A stretch of DNA of 64,000 nucleotides. Origin: an uncultured Flavobacteriaceae bacterium (lineage in GTDB: Bacteria; Bacteroidota; Bacteroidia; Flavobacteriales; Flavobacteriaceae). A program made the translations under genes and the position numbers. Positions 55,299 through 64,000 of the stretch are shown here, one piece after another (the stretch's first letter is position 1; the number at the start of each line of letters is the position of its first letter). The stretch lies in the NCBI GenBank assembly GCA_942492095.1, contig CALODC010000009.1, forward strand, positions 45,066 to 109,065. The letters are read 5' to 3'. Below the pieces are notes generated by a model that saw nothing but the letters and a program-made list of their open reading frames with translations, was not told the DNA's origin and made no database searches.

Positions 55299-55619
55299 AT
55301 GAAAAACGGATTTGTAGCCATCTTAAAAGGAAAGTTCCTTGTTAGTGGTGATGCCCCAAAAAATTGGCTCTTTTTGATCTTCGCCTCGTTTTTGGCTACC
55401 GTTATGATTGCCAGTTCGCATAGTGCAGACCGAAAAGTGCACCGCCTGGCCGCCTTAAATGAGGAGGTAAAGGAATTGCGAAGTGAATTTGTAGATATGC
55501 GATCTGATGTGCAGAGATTAAAACTAGAATCTACTATACGTCTTACGGTGGCAGAAGAAGGATTGCTTCCTTCCGAAACCCCGCCTCAAAAAATCAAAGT
55601 AAAATCTGAGAATCCGTAA
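55299..55619 (+). CDS. FtsL-like cell division protein
   Basis: 106 aa with a single TM (WLFLIFASFLATVMIA) and a short coiled coil. Lies between rsmH and ftsI. Confidence 0.75.
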   Translation: MKNGFVAILKGKFLVSGDAPKNWLFLIFASFLATVMIASSHSADRKVHRLAALNEEVKELRSEFVDMRSDVQRLKLESTIRLTVAEEGLLPSETPPQKIKVKSENP

Positions 55620-57626
55620 ATGGCCTTTGAAAGCAAACATATCTTAACCAGGTTATATCTCGTTGCGGGAGGCTTATTTCTTTTTGCAGGCCTCGTTCTG
55701 TTTAAACTTGTCTCAATTCAAATGGTCCATGGAGATAAGTATAAGGCTTTGGCCCTTCAGCGCACCGAGAAGATGTTTACCATTCCTCCTAATAGAGGTA
55801 ATCTGTATTCTGATGATGGCAGTTTGTTAGCCACTTCCGTTTCAAAATATACCATTCGCTTTGATGCTGTAACGGTCAAAGACGAAGACTTTAAAAAGTT
55901 TGTGAATCCACTTGCCGATAAACTGTCAGGATTGCTTCACAAGCCCTCCTCTCATTTTGAAAAACTGCTTCGAAAGGCAAAAGCCAATAAGAACAGATAT
56001 GCTTTAATTGCCAGAAATCTTGACTATTCCCAGTATATGAGCATCAAGGGTTTCCCGCTTTTTAATATGGGTCCTTATCGCGGCGGATTAATCGTAGATC
56101 AGAAAACGGTCCGTGAACATCCTTTGGGCAAGATCGCAGAACGCAGTGTGGGCTATGAGCGCTTTGATGAAAATGGCTATGCCACCCGGGTGGGACTCGA
56201 AGGCGCTTTTGGGCAGTATTTGAGAGGGAAGGAAGGAAAGCGACTAAAACAAAAGATCGCCAAAGGGCAATGGAAACCCATTGGCCTGGATAACATCATT
56301 GAGCCCCAGGATGGCTATGATGTCATTTCTACTATAGACATTAATATTCAGGATATCGCACACCATGCCCTGTTGGGTCAGCTGGAAAAGTACAAGGCAG
56401 ATCACGGATGTGTCATTGTCATGGAAACCAAAACGGGTGAAATAAAGGCTATCTCAAATTTAGGTAGGACAGAAGACAACAAATATTATGAGCGATTAAA
56501 TTACGCCATCGGAGAATCGCATGAGCCTGGTTCAACCTTTAAACTAATGTCGCTTGTAGCTGCTCTGGAAGATAAAGTGGTTGATACCAGTACGGTTATT
56601 GATACCGAAAAAGGAAAATGGCGATTGTACGACAGGACAGTGCGCGATTCTAAACATGGGGGTTATGGCAAGATCTCGGTAGCCACTGCTTTTGAAGTTT
56701 CCTCAAATACGGCCTTTGCCAAAATGATTCACAATAATTACAAGGAGAATCCTCAAATGTTTGTGAACAGATTAATGCAGATGGATCTTCATAAGGAATT
56801 AGTTCTGCCAATTAAAGGTGAAGGGAAGCCGGTGATACGCAATCCAGGAGACAAAGGCTGGTCTGGGATCTCTCTGGCATGGATGTCTCACGGATATGAA
56901 GTTTCGTTAACTCCCTTGCAAACCCTGGCTTTTTACAATGCCATTGCAAATGATGGGGAATTGCTCAGACCCAGATTGATCAAAGAAGTAAAAGAATGGA
57001 ACACTTCCATCCGTAAGTTTAAGAAAGAAGTCATCAATCCTGCAATTTGTTCCAAAGAAACGGCTCTTCAAGTACAGCAACTATTAAAGAATGTTGTAGA
57101 GAAAGAACACGGAACCGGACATCGGCTTTACGCTGCCAACTTTTCTATGGCCGGTAAAACAGGTACAGCCCAAAAGAACTACGTAGGGAAGGATCCGGAC
57201 AAACTTAGATATATCTCAACCTTCGCAGGCTATTTCCCTGCAGACGACCCTAAATATTCTTGCATTGTGGTGATTCATGAACCCGATAAAAGCGTTGGCT
57301 ATTACGGTGCTGATGTGTCAGGTCCGGTATTTAAATCCATTGCGCATAAGATCTATTCTAACAATCCTCTGATAGATGAGGTGGCCTCTTTAGAGCCCTT
57401 TAATCTGGTTTTGGAGGAGGCGTATGAAGACTATTTTGAGGAAGCTAGTAAAACGATCACTACCATGCCCAATTTGGAAGGTATGAGCGGAATGGACGCT
57501 ATTTCTATCCTTGAAAATCTTGGCTTACAGGTGGAAATAAAAGGAAACGGCAAGGTTAAAAAACAATCTATCACCCAGGGTACGGCATTGAGCCAGGTAT
57601 CTAAAATTGTATTGGATCTATCATGA
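55620..57626 (+). CDS. ftsI: Penicillin-binding protein (FtsI/PBP3 class B transpeptidase) with a C-terminal PASTA domain
   Basis: Motifs STFK, SSN and KTGT. The C-terminal 60 aa or so (MPNLEGMSGMDAISILENLGLQVEIKGNGKVKKQS) are PASTA-like. Confidence 0.9.
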   Translation: MAFESKHILTRLYLVAGGLFLFAGLVLFKLVSIQMVHGDKYKALALQRTEKMFTIPPNRGNLYSDDGSLLATSVSKYTIRFDAVTVKDEDFKKFVNPLADKLSGLLHKPSSHFEKLLRKAKANKNRYALIARNLDYSQYMSIKGFPLFNMGPYRGGLIVDQKTVREHPLGKIAERSVGYERFDENGYATRVGLEGAFGQYLRGKEGKRLKQKIAKGQWKPIGLDNIIEPQDGYDVISTIDINIQDIAHHALLGQLEKYKADHGCVIVMETKTGEIKAISNLGRTEDNKYYERLNYAIGESHEPGSTFKLMSLVAALEDKVVDTSTVIDTEKGKWRLYDRTVRDSKHGGYGKISVATAFEVSSNTAFAKMIHNNYKENPQMFVNRLMQMDLHKELVLPIKGEGKPVIRNPGDKGWSGISLAWMSHGYEVSLTPLQTLAFYNAIANDGELLRPRLIKEVKEWNTSIRKFKKEVINPAICSKETALQVQQLLKNVVEKEHGTGHRLYAANFSMAGKTGTAQKNYVGKDPDKLRYISTFAGYFPADDPKYSCIVVIHEPDKSVGYYGADVSGPVFKSIAHKIYSNNPLIDEVASLEPFNLVLEEAYEDYFEEASKTITTMPNLEGMSGMDAISILENLGLQVEIKGNGKVKKQSITQGTALSQVSKIVLDLS

Positions 57627-59086
57627 CATCCCTCAAGGACATATTATATGGAGTAGGATTAACAGCGGTTAGTGGTACCACGGCGAAGTTGGTAAACAAC
57701 ATCTGCTTTGATTCGCGCGCGGTAGCTCTTGATGACGTGTTTGTTGCCATAAAAGGAACACAGTCAGATGGTCATGTTTACATAAAAAAGGCTATTGAAC
57801 TTGGTGCAAATGCTATTGTTTGTGAAAAAATGCCGGAAGAACTTATCAATGAGATCACTTACATAGAAGTAGAAGATTCTAAAAAGGCCCTGGCCATTAT
57901 GGCGTCTAATTTTTATGGAAATCCGTCTAGGAACTTGCAATTGGTGGGAGTTACAGGGACCAATGGTAAAACAACAGTTAGCAGTCTTTTGTATCAATTG
58001 TTTAAAAAAGCAGGGTATAAGGTAGGCTTGCTTTCAACGATCAGGATCATGGTAGATGAGAAGGAATATCCTACCCTCCATACAACCCCGGATGCACTGA
58101 CCATTAACAAATACCTCGCCATGATGAATGAGGAAGGGGTAGAGTTTTGCTTTATGGAGGCCAGTTCTCATGGTATTGATCAGAAAAGGACCAGCGGCCT
58201 TCTTTTTGCTGGTGCCATTTTTACCAACCTCACCCACGATCATTTAGACTATCACAATTCATTTGCAGAATACAGGGATGCTAAAAAGAAATTGTTTGAC
58301 GACTTGCCAAAAACTGCTTTTGCCATTTCAAATATAGATGATAAGAATGGCCTGGTAATGCTGCAGAATACCAGGGCAAAAAAATATACCTATGCCCTAA
58401 AATCATATGCAGACTACAGAGCTCAGATCCTTGAGAATCAGTTTAGTGGTCAATTACTAAAAATTGAAAACAACGAACTCTGGACCAAATTGATAGGTCA
58501 CTTCAATGCGTATAATATTTTGGCCATATACGCCACCGCAGATCTGTTGGGTCTTGAAAAATTTGAAATTTTAAAATTATTAAGTGAATTGGAAAATGTG
58601 GATGGCAGGTTCCAATATTTTATATCAAAACAACGCATAACGGCTATTGTTGATTATGCCCATACGCCGGACGCCTTAAAAAATGTGCTGGATACAATCA
58701 GCGCATTGAGGACTGGAAATGAAAACGTCATCACCGTAGTGGGGTGTGGTGGTGATCGTGACAAGTCTAAGCGTCCGGTAATGGGGCATATCGCTACGTC
58801 CATGAGCAACAAGGTCATTTTTACTTCCGACAATCCCAGGACCGAATCTCCTGATACTATTATATCGGAAATGGAAGCAGGGGTAGAGCCACAACATGCT
58901 AAGAAGGTATTGGCCATAGAGAACAGGGAACAAGCTATTAAAACCGCTTGCCAGCTGGCAGATGCGCAGGATATAATCTTGTTGGCCGGAAAAGGCCATG
59001 AAACCTATCAGGAAACCAATGGTACAAGGATAGAATTTGATGATTTTAAGATCGTCAGAAAGGTCCTTGAAGATTTAAATAAATAA
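57623..59086 (+). CDS. murE: UDP-N-acetylmuramoyl-L-alanyl-D-glutamate--2,6-diaminopimelate ligase
   Basis: [10 protein letters not shown], the DNPR motif (FTSDNPRTE), and an ATGA overlap with ftsI. Confidence 0.93.
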   Translation: MTSLKDILYGVGLTAVSGTTAKLVNNICFDSRAVALDDVFVAIKGTQSDGHVYIKKAIELGANAIVCEKMPEELINEITYIEVEDSKKALAIMASNFYGNPSRNLQLVGVTGTNGKTTVSSLLYQLFKKAGYKVGLLSTIRIMVDEKEYPTLHTTPDALTINKYLAMMNEEGVEFCFMEASSHGIDQKRTSGLLFAGAIFTNLTHDHLDYHNSFAEYRDAKKKLFDDLPKTAFAISNIDDKNGLVMLQNTRAKKYTYALKSYADYRAQILENQFSGQLLKIENNELWTKLIGHFNAYNILAIYATADLLGLEKFEILKLLSELENVDGRFQYFISKQRITAIVDYAHTPDALKNVLDTISALRTGNENVITVVGCGGDRDKSKRPVMGHIATSMSNKVIFTSDNPRTESPDTIISEMEAGVEPQHAKKVLAIENREQAIKTACQLADAQDIILLAGKGHETYQETNGTRIEFDDFKIVRKVLEDLNK

Positions 59087-59105
59087 GAGCACTAAGAGAC
59101 ACCAT

Positions 59106-60326
59106 ATGTTGTACTACTTATTTGAGTACTTAGAGAAGCAATACCAGTTCCCCGGCGCTACCCTGTTCCAGTTCCTTACGTTCCGGGCAGCAATGGCAGT
59201 ATTGCTTTCCTTGATTCTTGCAACAACTCTTGGGAAACGGATCATACTTTTTCTTCGTCACAAACAGATTGGGGAGACCGTGCGCGACCTTGGATTGGAA
59301 GGGCAAAAACAAAAGCAAGGTACCCCAACCATGGGAGGACTTATTATTATAATGTCTACTCTGGTGCCTGTGCTGCTATTTGCACGTATCGACAACATTT
59401 ATATCATCCTGCTGATCATAACCACTATATGGATGGGCATTATCGGTTTTATAGATGACTACATCAAGATCTTTAAAAAAAATAAAAAAGGCCTGAAAGG
59501 GAGGTTTAAGATCCTGGGGCAGGTAGTGCTTGGCCTTGTGGTAGGTGCCACGCTCTTTTTTCATCCGGAGGTAACCATGAAAGAAAAAAATAAATCTACC
59601 ATCACAGAGAAATTTGAGGTGAGAGATGTGGAAGGAAAAGAGCACAAATCAACCAAAACCAACATTCCGTTTTTTAAGAACAACGAATTTGACTATGGAG
59701 ATCTGATTGGTTGGATGGGAGAAGGGGCGCAATCGTATGCCTGGTTGATCTTTATTCCTATTGTGATTTTCATTGTAACCGCAGTTTCTAATGGAGCTAA
59801 TCTTACAGATGGTATTGACGGGCTGGCGGCGGGTACTTCGGCTATAATTGTTCTAACCCTAGGCATTTTTGCCTGGGTGTCCGGGAACATCATATTTTCC
59901 AATTACCTCGATATTTTCTATATCCCCAGAGCAGGGGAATTGGTGGTCTTTATTTCTGCTTTTGTGGGGTCTCTCGTGGGCTTCTTGTGGTATAATGCTT
60001 ATCCGGCTCAAGTATTCATGGGAGATACCGGGAGTTTAACCATAGGTGGTGTCATAGCAGTGATCGCTATCATAGTCCGCAAGGAATTACTCATCCCCTT
60101 ATTATGTGGGATCTTTTTTGCAGAGTCATTATCCGTAATGATCCAGGTAAGTTATTTCAAATTCACGAAACAAAAATACGGAGAAGGTAGACGAATATTT
60201 TTGATGTCGCCCCTTCACCACCATTACCAAAAGAAAGGATATCACGAAAGCAAGATAGTCACCAGATTTTGGATCATTGGGATCCTTTTGGCAATTGTCA
60301 CCATAGTAACCTTAAAAGTGAGGTAA
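59106..60326 (+). CDS. mraY: Phospho-N-acetylmuramoyl-pentapeptide transferase
   Basis: [30 protein letters not shown]. Confidence 0.93.
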   Translation: MLYYLFEYLEKQYQFPGATLFQFLTFRAAMAVLLSLILATTLGKRIILFLRHKQIGETVRDLGLEGQKQKQGTPTMGGLIIIMSTLVPVLLFARIDNIYIILLIITTIWMGIIGFIDDYIKIFKKNKKGLKGRFKILGQVVLGLVVGATLFFHPEVTMKEKNKSTITEKFEVRDVEGKEHKSTKTNIPFFKNNEFDYGDLIGWMGEGAQSYAWLIFIPIVIFIVTAVSNGANLTDGIDGLAAGTSAIIVLTLGIFAWVSGNIIFSNYLDIFYIPRAGELVVFISAFVGSLVGFLWYNAYPAQVFMGDTGSLTIGGVIAVIAIIVRKELLIPLLCGIFFAESLSVMIQVSYFKFTKQKYGEGRRIFLMSPLHHHYQKKGYHESKIVTRFWIIGILLAIVTIVTLKVR

Positions 60327-61661
60327 ATGGAGCGGTTGGTGATTCTGGGAGGAGGAGAAAGTGGCGCAGGTACGGCCATCCTGGGGAAACAAAAAGGATA
60401 TGAGGTTTTTGTCTCGGACAACGGAAAAATAAAAGAAACCTATAAAGACGTTCTTACACATTTTGGAATTGATTGGGAAGAAGGTGGCCATTCTGAGGAG
60501 AAGATCCTGAATGCCAACTTGGTCATGAAAAGTCCGGGAATCCCTGATAAGGTGCCGCTGGTACAAAAACTATTAGCCATGAATGTCCCCGTGTTATCGG
60601 AGATAGAATTTGCTGCCAGATATACCAAGGCTACTATCATCGGAATTACAGGAAGCAATGGAAAAACCACCACCACTATGTTAGTGCACCATATAATGAA
60701 AGAAGCGGGATATTCCGTGGGCATGGCCGGAAATATTGGAGACAGTTTTGCAAAAATGGTGGCCGAATCCTCGTTCGAGTATTATGTATTGGAGATCAGC
60801 AGTTTCCAACTAGACGGGATTAACAAATTCAAACCGCATATTGGGATACTAACCAATATCACGCCAGATCATCTGGACAGGTATGAGTATGATTTTGAGA
60901 AGTATATAGCTTCCAAATTCAGGATAACCATGAACCAGACGGCGGAAGACTATTTCATTTACGATGAAGACGATGAAGTAATTGCACGCCATTTGGAGAC
61001 GCACCCAATTAAAGCCAGAAAGCTGCCATTTTCGTTAGAAAAGGATGGGAAACAAGGAACATTTATAAGAGACAAACAATTTATAATTAAGACAGACCAA
61101 GGAATTATGGAAATGAGATCAGATTCATTAGCATTAGAGGGAAATCACAACCTGAAGAACACTATGGCAGCCATTACGGCAGCTAAACTGGTGGGGATTC
61201 GCAAGGAAGTGATCCGTGAGAGTATTCAAAATTTCCAGGGTGCTGCCCATAGACTGGAAAAGGTGTTGAAGATACACCATGTTCAGTATATCAATGATTC
61301 TAAAGCAACCAATGTAAATGCGACCTATTATGCACTAGACAGCATGTCTACCCCTACAGTCTGGATCGTTGGTGGAGTGGATAAAGGGAATGATTACAAG
61401 GTGCTTATGCCCTTGGTGCGCGAGAAAGTAAAAGCCATCATTTGTCTGGGAATGGACAATACCGAACTCAAGCATGTCTTTGGTAGTGTGGTAGATATAT
61501 TCGTTGAGACCTATGCTATGAGTGAGGCGGTGAAAGTGGCATACAAAATAGCCGAACGCGGAGATACCGTCTTGCTTTCTCCTGCCTGTGCGAGTTTCGA
61601 CCTTTTTAAAAACTATGAGGACAGGGGAAATCAATTTAAAGAAGCAATAAAAAATTTATAA
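60327..61661 (+). CDS. murD: UDP-N-acetylmuramoylalanine--D-glutamate ligase
   Basis: GITGSNGKTTTT, NITPDHLDRY, NDSKATN. Confidence 0.93.
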   Translation: MERLVILGGGESGAGTAILGKQKGYEVFVSDNGKIKETYKDVLTHFGIDWEEGGHSEEKILNANLVMKSPGIPDKVPLVQKLLAMNVPVLSEIEFAARYTKATIIGITGSNGKTTTTMLVHHIMKEAGYSVGMAGNIGDSFAKMVAESSFEYYVLEISSFQLDGINKFKPHIGILTNITPDHLDRYEYDFEKYIASKFRITMNQTAEDYFIYDEDDEVIARHLETHPIKARKLPFSLEKDGKQGTFIRDKQFIIKTDQGIMEMRSDSLALEGNHNLKNTMAAITAAKLVGIRKEVIRESIQNFQGAAHRLEKVLKIHHVQYINDSKATNVNATYYALDSMSTPTVWIVGGVDKGNDYKVLMPLVREKVKAIICLGMDNTELKHVFGSVVDIFVETYAMSEAVKVAYKIAERGDTVLLSPACASFDLFKNYEDRGNQFKEAIKNL

Positions 61662-61665
61662 TACT

Positions 61666-62862
61666 TTGAGGTTTTTACAACACATACAAGGAGATAAGGT
61701 TATTTGGGCAGTAGTAGCACTGTTGGCCTTATTCTCATTTCTACCGGTCTATAGTGCCAGTAGTAATTTGGTGTATGTGGTTGGCAATGGCACTCCCATA
61801 GGCTATTTGGTAAAACATGGCTTATTACTTTTCCTGGGTTTTGGCATTATATACGGTATCCATAAGATCCCTGCACACTATTTTAAGGGGCTGGCTATCA
61901 TAGCTATGCCCGTGGTGATTGCTCTCCTGGTCTATACCCTGGCTCAGGGAACTACCATTGAAGGGGCCAATGCCAGTAGGTGGATCCGCTTGCCATTGGT
62001 AGGGTTCACTTTTCAAACCTCCACCCTGGCATCTGTGGTTCTAATGATCTACATTGCTCGTTATCTCTCAAAGATCAAGGACAAGACGATCACCTTTAAG
62101 GAAAGCATTCTGCCCTTATGGGCACCGGTATTTCTGATTGTACTTCTTATTTTACCAGCAAATTTTTCGACAGCCGCCATCCTCTTTTTTATGGTCTTGT
62201 TATTGTGTTTTTTGGGCGGATATCCCTTAAAATATTTATCTGCCATGGTAGGATCTGGTCTAGTGGGTCTTGTCTTTTTTGTGCTTATCGCAAAAGCAGC
62301 ACCAGATCTTTTTCCCAATAGAGTGGATACGTGGATGAGCAGAATTGAAAGTTTCTGGGATCCGGCCGATACGGAAGCTGATTATCAGATAGAAAAAGCG
62401 AAAATAGCAATTGCCAGCGGAGGACTTGTAGGTAACGGGGCAGGGAAAAGTGTTATGAAGAACTTTTTACCCCAGAGTTCCTCAGATTTTATTTATGCAA
62501 TTATCGTAGAGGAATACGGATTAATAGGCGGTTTTGTGCTGATGTTTTTTTACCTCTTGTTACTATTTCGAATTATCGTGGTAGCAAATGCCAATGATTC
62601 GGTCTTTGGAAAATTACTGATAGTTGGTGTTGGTTTGCCAATTGTATTTCAGGCGCTGATTAATATGGCGGTGGCAGTAGAGCTATTCCCCGTTACAGGT
62701 CAGACACTTCCTCTTATCAGCAGTGGGGGCACCTCTATCTGGATGACCTGCCTGGCGATAGGCATTGTGTTGAGTGCAAGTATCAAGAGATCAAAAGCAG
62801 GAATTGATGGGCAGGAAATAGATGAAAATAACCCTTTAGAAGTCTTAAGTGGACAATTATAG
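61666..62862 (+). CDS. ftsW: SEDS-family peptidoglycan glycosyltransferase / cell division protein FtsW
   Basis: About 10 TM segments with SEDS motifs (SSDFIYAIIVEEYGLIGG, PLISSGGTS). TTG start. Confidence 0.9.
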   Translation: MRFLQHIQGDKVIWAVVALLALFSFLPVYSASSNLVYVVGNGTPIGYLVKHGLLLFLGFGIIYGIHKIPAHYFKGLAIIAMPVVIALLVYTLAQGTTIEGANASRWIRLPLVGFTFQTSTLASVVLMIYIARYLSKIKDKTITFKESILPLWAPVFLIVLLILPANFSTAAILFFMVLLLCFLGGYPLKYLSAMVGSGLVGLVFFVLIAKAAPDLFPNRVDTWMSRIESFWDPADTEADYQIEKAKIAIASGGLVGNGAGKSVMKNFLPQSSSDFIYAIIVEEYGLIGGFVLMFFYLLLLFRIIVVANANDSVFGKLLIVGVGLPIVFQALINMAVAVELFPVTGQTLPLISSGGTSIWMTCLAIGIVLSASIKRSKAGIDGQEIDENNPLEVLSGQL

Positions 62863-63949
62863 GTTTATACTCTCGGGAGGAGGAACAGGCGGTCATATTT
62901 ACCCGGCGATCGCCATAGCGAATGAGTTAAAACGCAGGTTCCCGAAGGCAGAAATATTGTTTGTAGGAGCATCAGACCGGATGGAAATGGAAAAAGTGCC
63001 TCAAGCAGGGTACGAGATCAAAGGATTATGGATCAGTGGATTACAAAGGAGACTAAGTTGGAAGAATCTGATGTTTCCCATAAAAGTGATAAGTAGTTTG
63101 ATTAAGGCGAGAAACATTGTAAACACTTTTAAACCGCATGTGGCAATTGGTACAGGGGGCTATGCCAGTGGGCCGGTTCTTCGCATAGCTTCTGGGAAAG
63201 GTATTCCTTGTGTGTTGCAGGAACAAAATTCCTATGCCGGGATCACCAATAAAATATTAGCCTCCAGGGTGAGCAGAATTTGTGTTGCTTACGATGGAAT
63301 GGACAAGTTCTTTCCAAAAGAAAAGATTGTAAAAACAGGAAATCCGGTAAGAGCCTCTTTAATTAGATTGCCAGAAACAGGAACATCTTCCTATGCTTAT
63401 TTTGATCTTAGGCCAGACAAGAACACAGTATTGGTCCTTGGAGGAAGTTTAGGAGCGAGAAGGATCAATGAGCTTATTGAAGATCAATTAACAGCTTTCT
63501 CAAAACTAGGACTTCAACTCATATGGCAGTGTGGTTCTTTATACTATGAAAAATACAGGCAATTTGGTTCCGAAAGGGTATTTGTAACAGGATACCTGAA
63601 CCAAATGGAGCATGCCTACAGGGTTGCAGACATCATCATTTCAAGATCAGGAGCTGGTTCGGTCTCCGAACTTTGCCTGGTAGGCAAACCGGTTATTTTT
63701 ATCCCATCGCCCAATGTAGCAGAAGATCATCAAACAAAGAATGCACAAGCGTTGGTAGAAAGAGGAGCTGCCTTAATGATACAGGAAAGGGATCTTGCAT
63801 CAGAATTCAAAAAACAATTTGAAGAACTCTTTCATTCCAAAGAAATGAAGGAACAACTAGGCAAGAATATAAAGGAATTGGCCCTGCCAAAGGCTACAGA
63901 ACATATAGTAGATGAGATCGTACAATTAATTGAGGGGAAAGATGACTAA
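62849..63949 (+). CDS. murG: Undecaprenyldiphospho-muramoylpentapeptide beta-N-acetylglucosaminyltransferase
   Basis: SGGGTGGHIYPA, GGSLGA, SRSGAGSVSE. GTG start overlapping the end of ftsW. Confidence 0.93.
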   Translation: MDNYRFILSGGGTGGHIYPAIAIANELKRRFPKAEILFVGASDRMEMEKVPQAGYEIKGLWISGLQRRLSWKNLMFPIKVISSLIKARNIVNTFKPHVAIGTGGYASGPVLRIASGKGIPCVLQEQNSYAGITNKILASRVSRICVAYDGMDKFFPKEKIVKTGNPVRASLIRLPETGTSSYAYFDLRPDKNTVLVLGGSLGARRINELIEDQLTAFSKLGLQLIWQCGSLYYEKYRQFGSERVFVTGYLNQMEHAYRVADIIISRSGAGSVSELCLVGKPVIFIPSPNVAEDHQTKNAQALVERGAALMIQERDLASEFKKQFEELFHSKEMKEQLGKNIKELALPKATEHIVDEIVQLIEGKDD

Positions 63950-64000
63950 GGAATGGTTCCATAAGGTGTATTTTATTGGTATCGGCGGTATCGGAATGTC
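63942..64000 (+). CDS. murC: UDP-N-acetylmuramate--L-alanine ligase, 5' end only (truncated by the window edge)
   Basis: The ATG at 63942 overlaps the murG stop by 8 nt. It reads MTKEWFHKVYFIGIGGIGMS, the MurC N-terminal nucleotide-binding motif. Confidence 0.75.
   Translation, partial: MTKEWFHKVYFIGIGGIGM

Noticed and set aside
1-64000. Search for a novel multi-gene system (defence, secretion, biosynthetic cluster), mobile elements, CRISPR arrays, tRNA/rRNA genes
   Set aside because: Almost every ORF of meaningful length maps to a recognisable housekeeping, envelope or regulatory family. I saw no transposase, integrase or phage-like ORF, no spaced repeat array and no cloverleaf-like RNA. 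Claiming a new system would not be supported by what I can see.

Overview
This 64-kb chromosomal segment looks like a Flavobacteriaceae (Bacteroidota) genome. Evidence: gliding-motility genes gldA, gldB and gldC, TAnnTTTG-type -7 boxes, almost no Shine-Dalgarno sites, a split metH, and a dcw cluster without murF. Gene content, left to right: (1) a sulfur/methionine block: sulfhydrylase, Rrf2 regulator, cysH, SAM-I riboswitch, two-piece metH, metF. (2) Envelope and secreted proteins. (3) An ~11-kb stretch (11.6-22.8 kb) rich in disrupted genes: a multiply frameshifted BNR/sortilin-like gene, two decayed NTF2/DUF4440-like genes, and a dehydrogenase ORF fused to a membrane-protein tail. (4) DUF4139, DoxX, PAP2, fhs, penicillin-acylase family, gldA. 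(5) An aromatic amino-acid operon (pheA, aminotransferase, tyrA, DAHP synthase/chorismate mutase) preceded by a Phe/Tyr/Trp-rich leader ORF and a terminator. (6) rsgA, frameshifted dtd, mazG-like, aroA, queA, rlmN, polyprenyl synthase. (7) An ECF sigma / anti-sigma-like / beta-barrel module, dnaG, an orphan NarL-type response regulator with Glu at the phospho-acceptor position, and nadE-gldB-gldC. (8) pirin, engB, a hydrolase, and the dcw cluster mraZ-rsmH-ftsL-ftsI-murE-mraY-murD-ftsW-murG-murC (murC cut by the window end). I recognised no rRNA, tRNA, CRISPR array, transposase, integrase or phage gene. I found no convincing novel multi-gene system. The best leads are cis-regulatory or concern gene integrity: the candidate leader-peptide attenuator, the MraZ box triplet, the Rrf2-cysH repeats, the riboswitch expression platform, the gene-decay cluster, the atypical response regulator and the dtd frameshift. 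All coordinates and motifs were derived by eye from the sequence and the ORF track. No database search was run.
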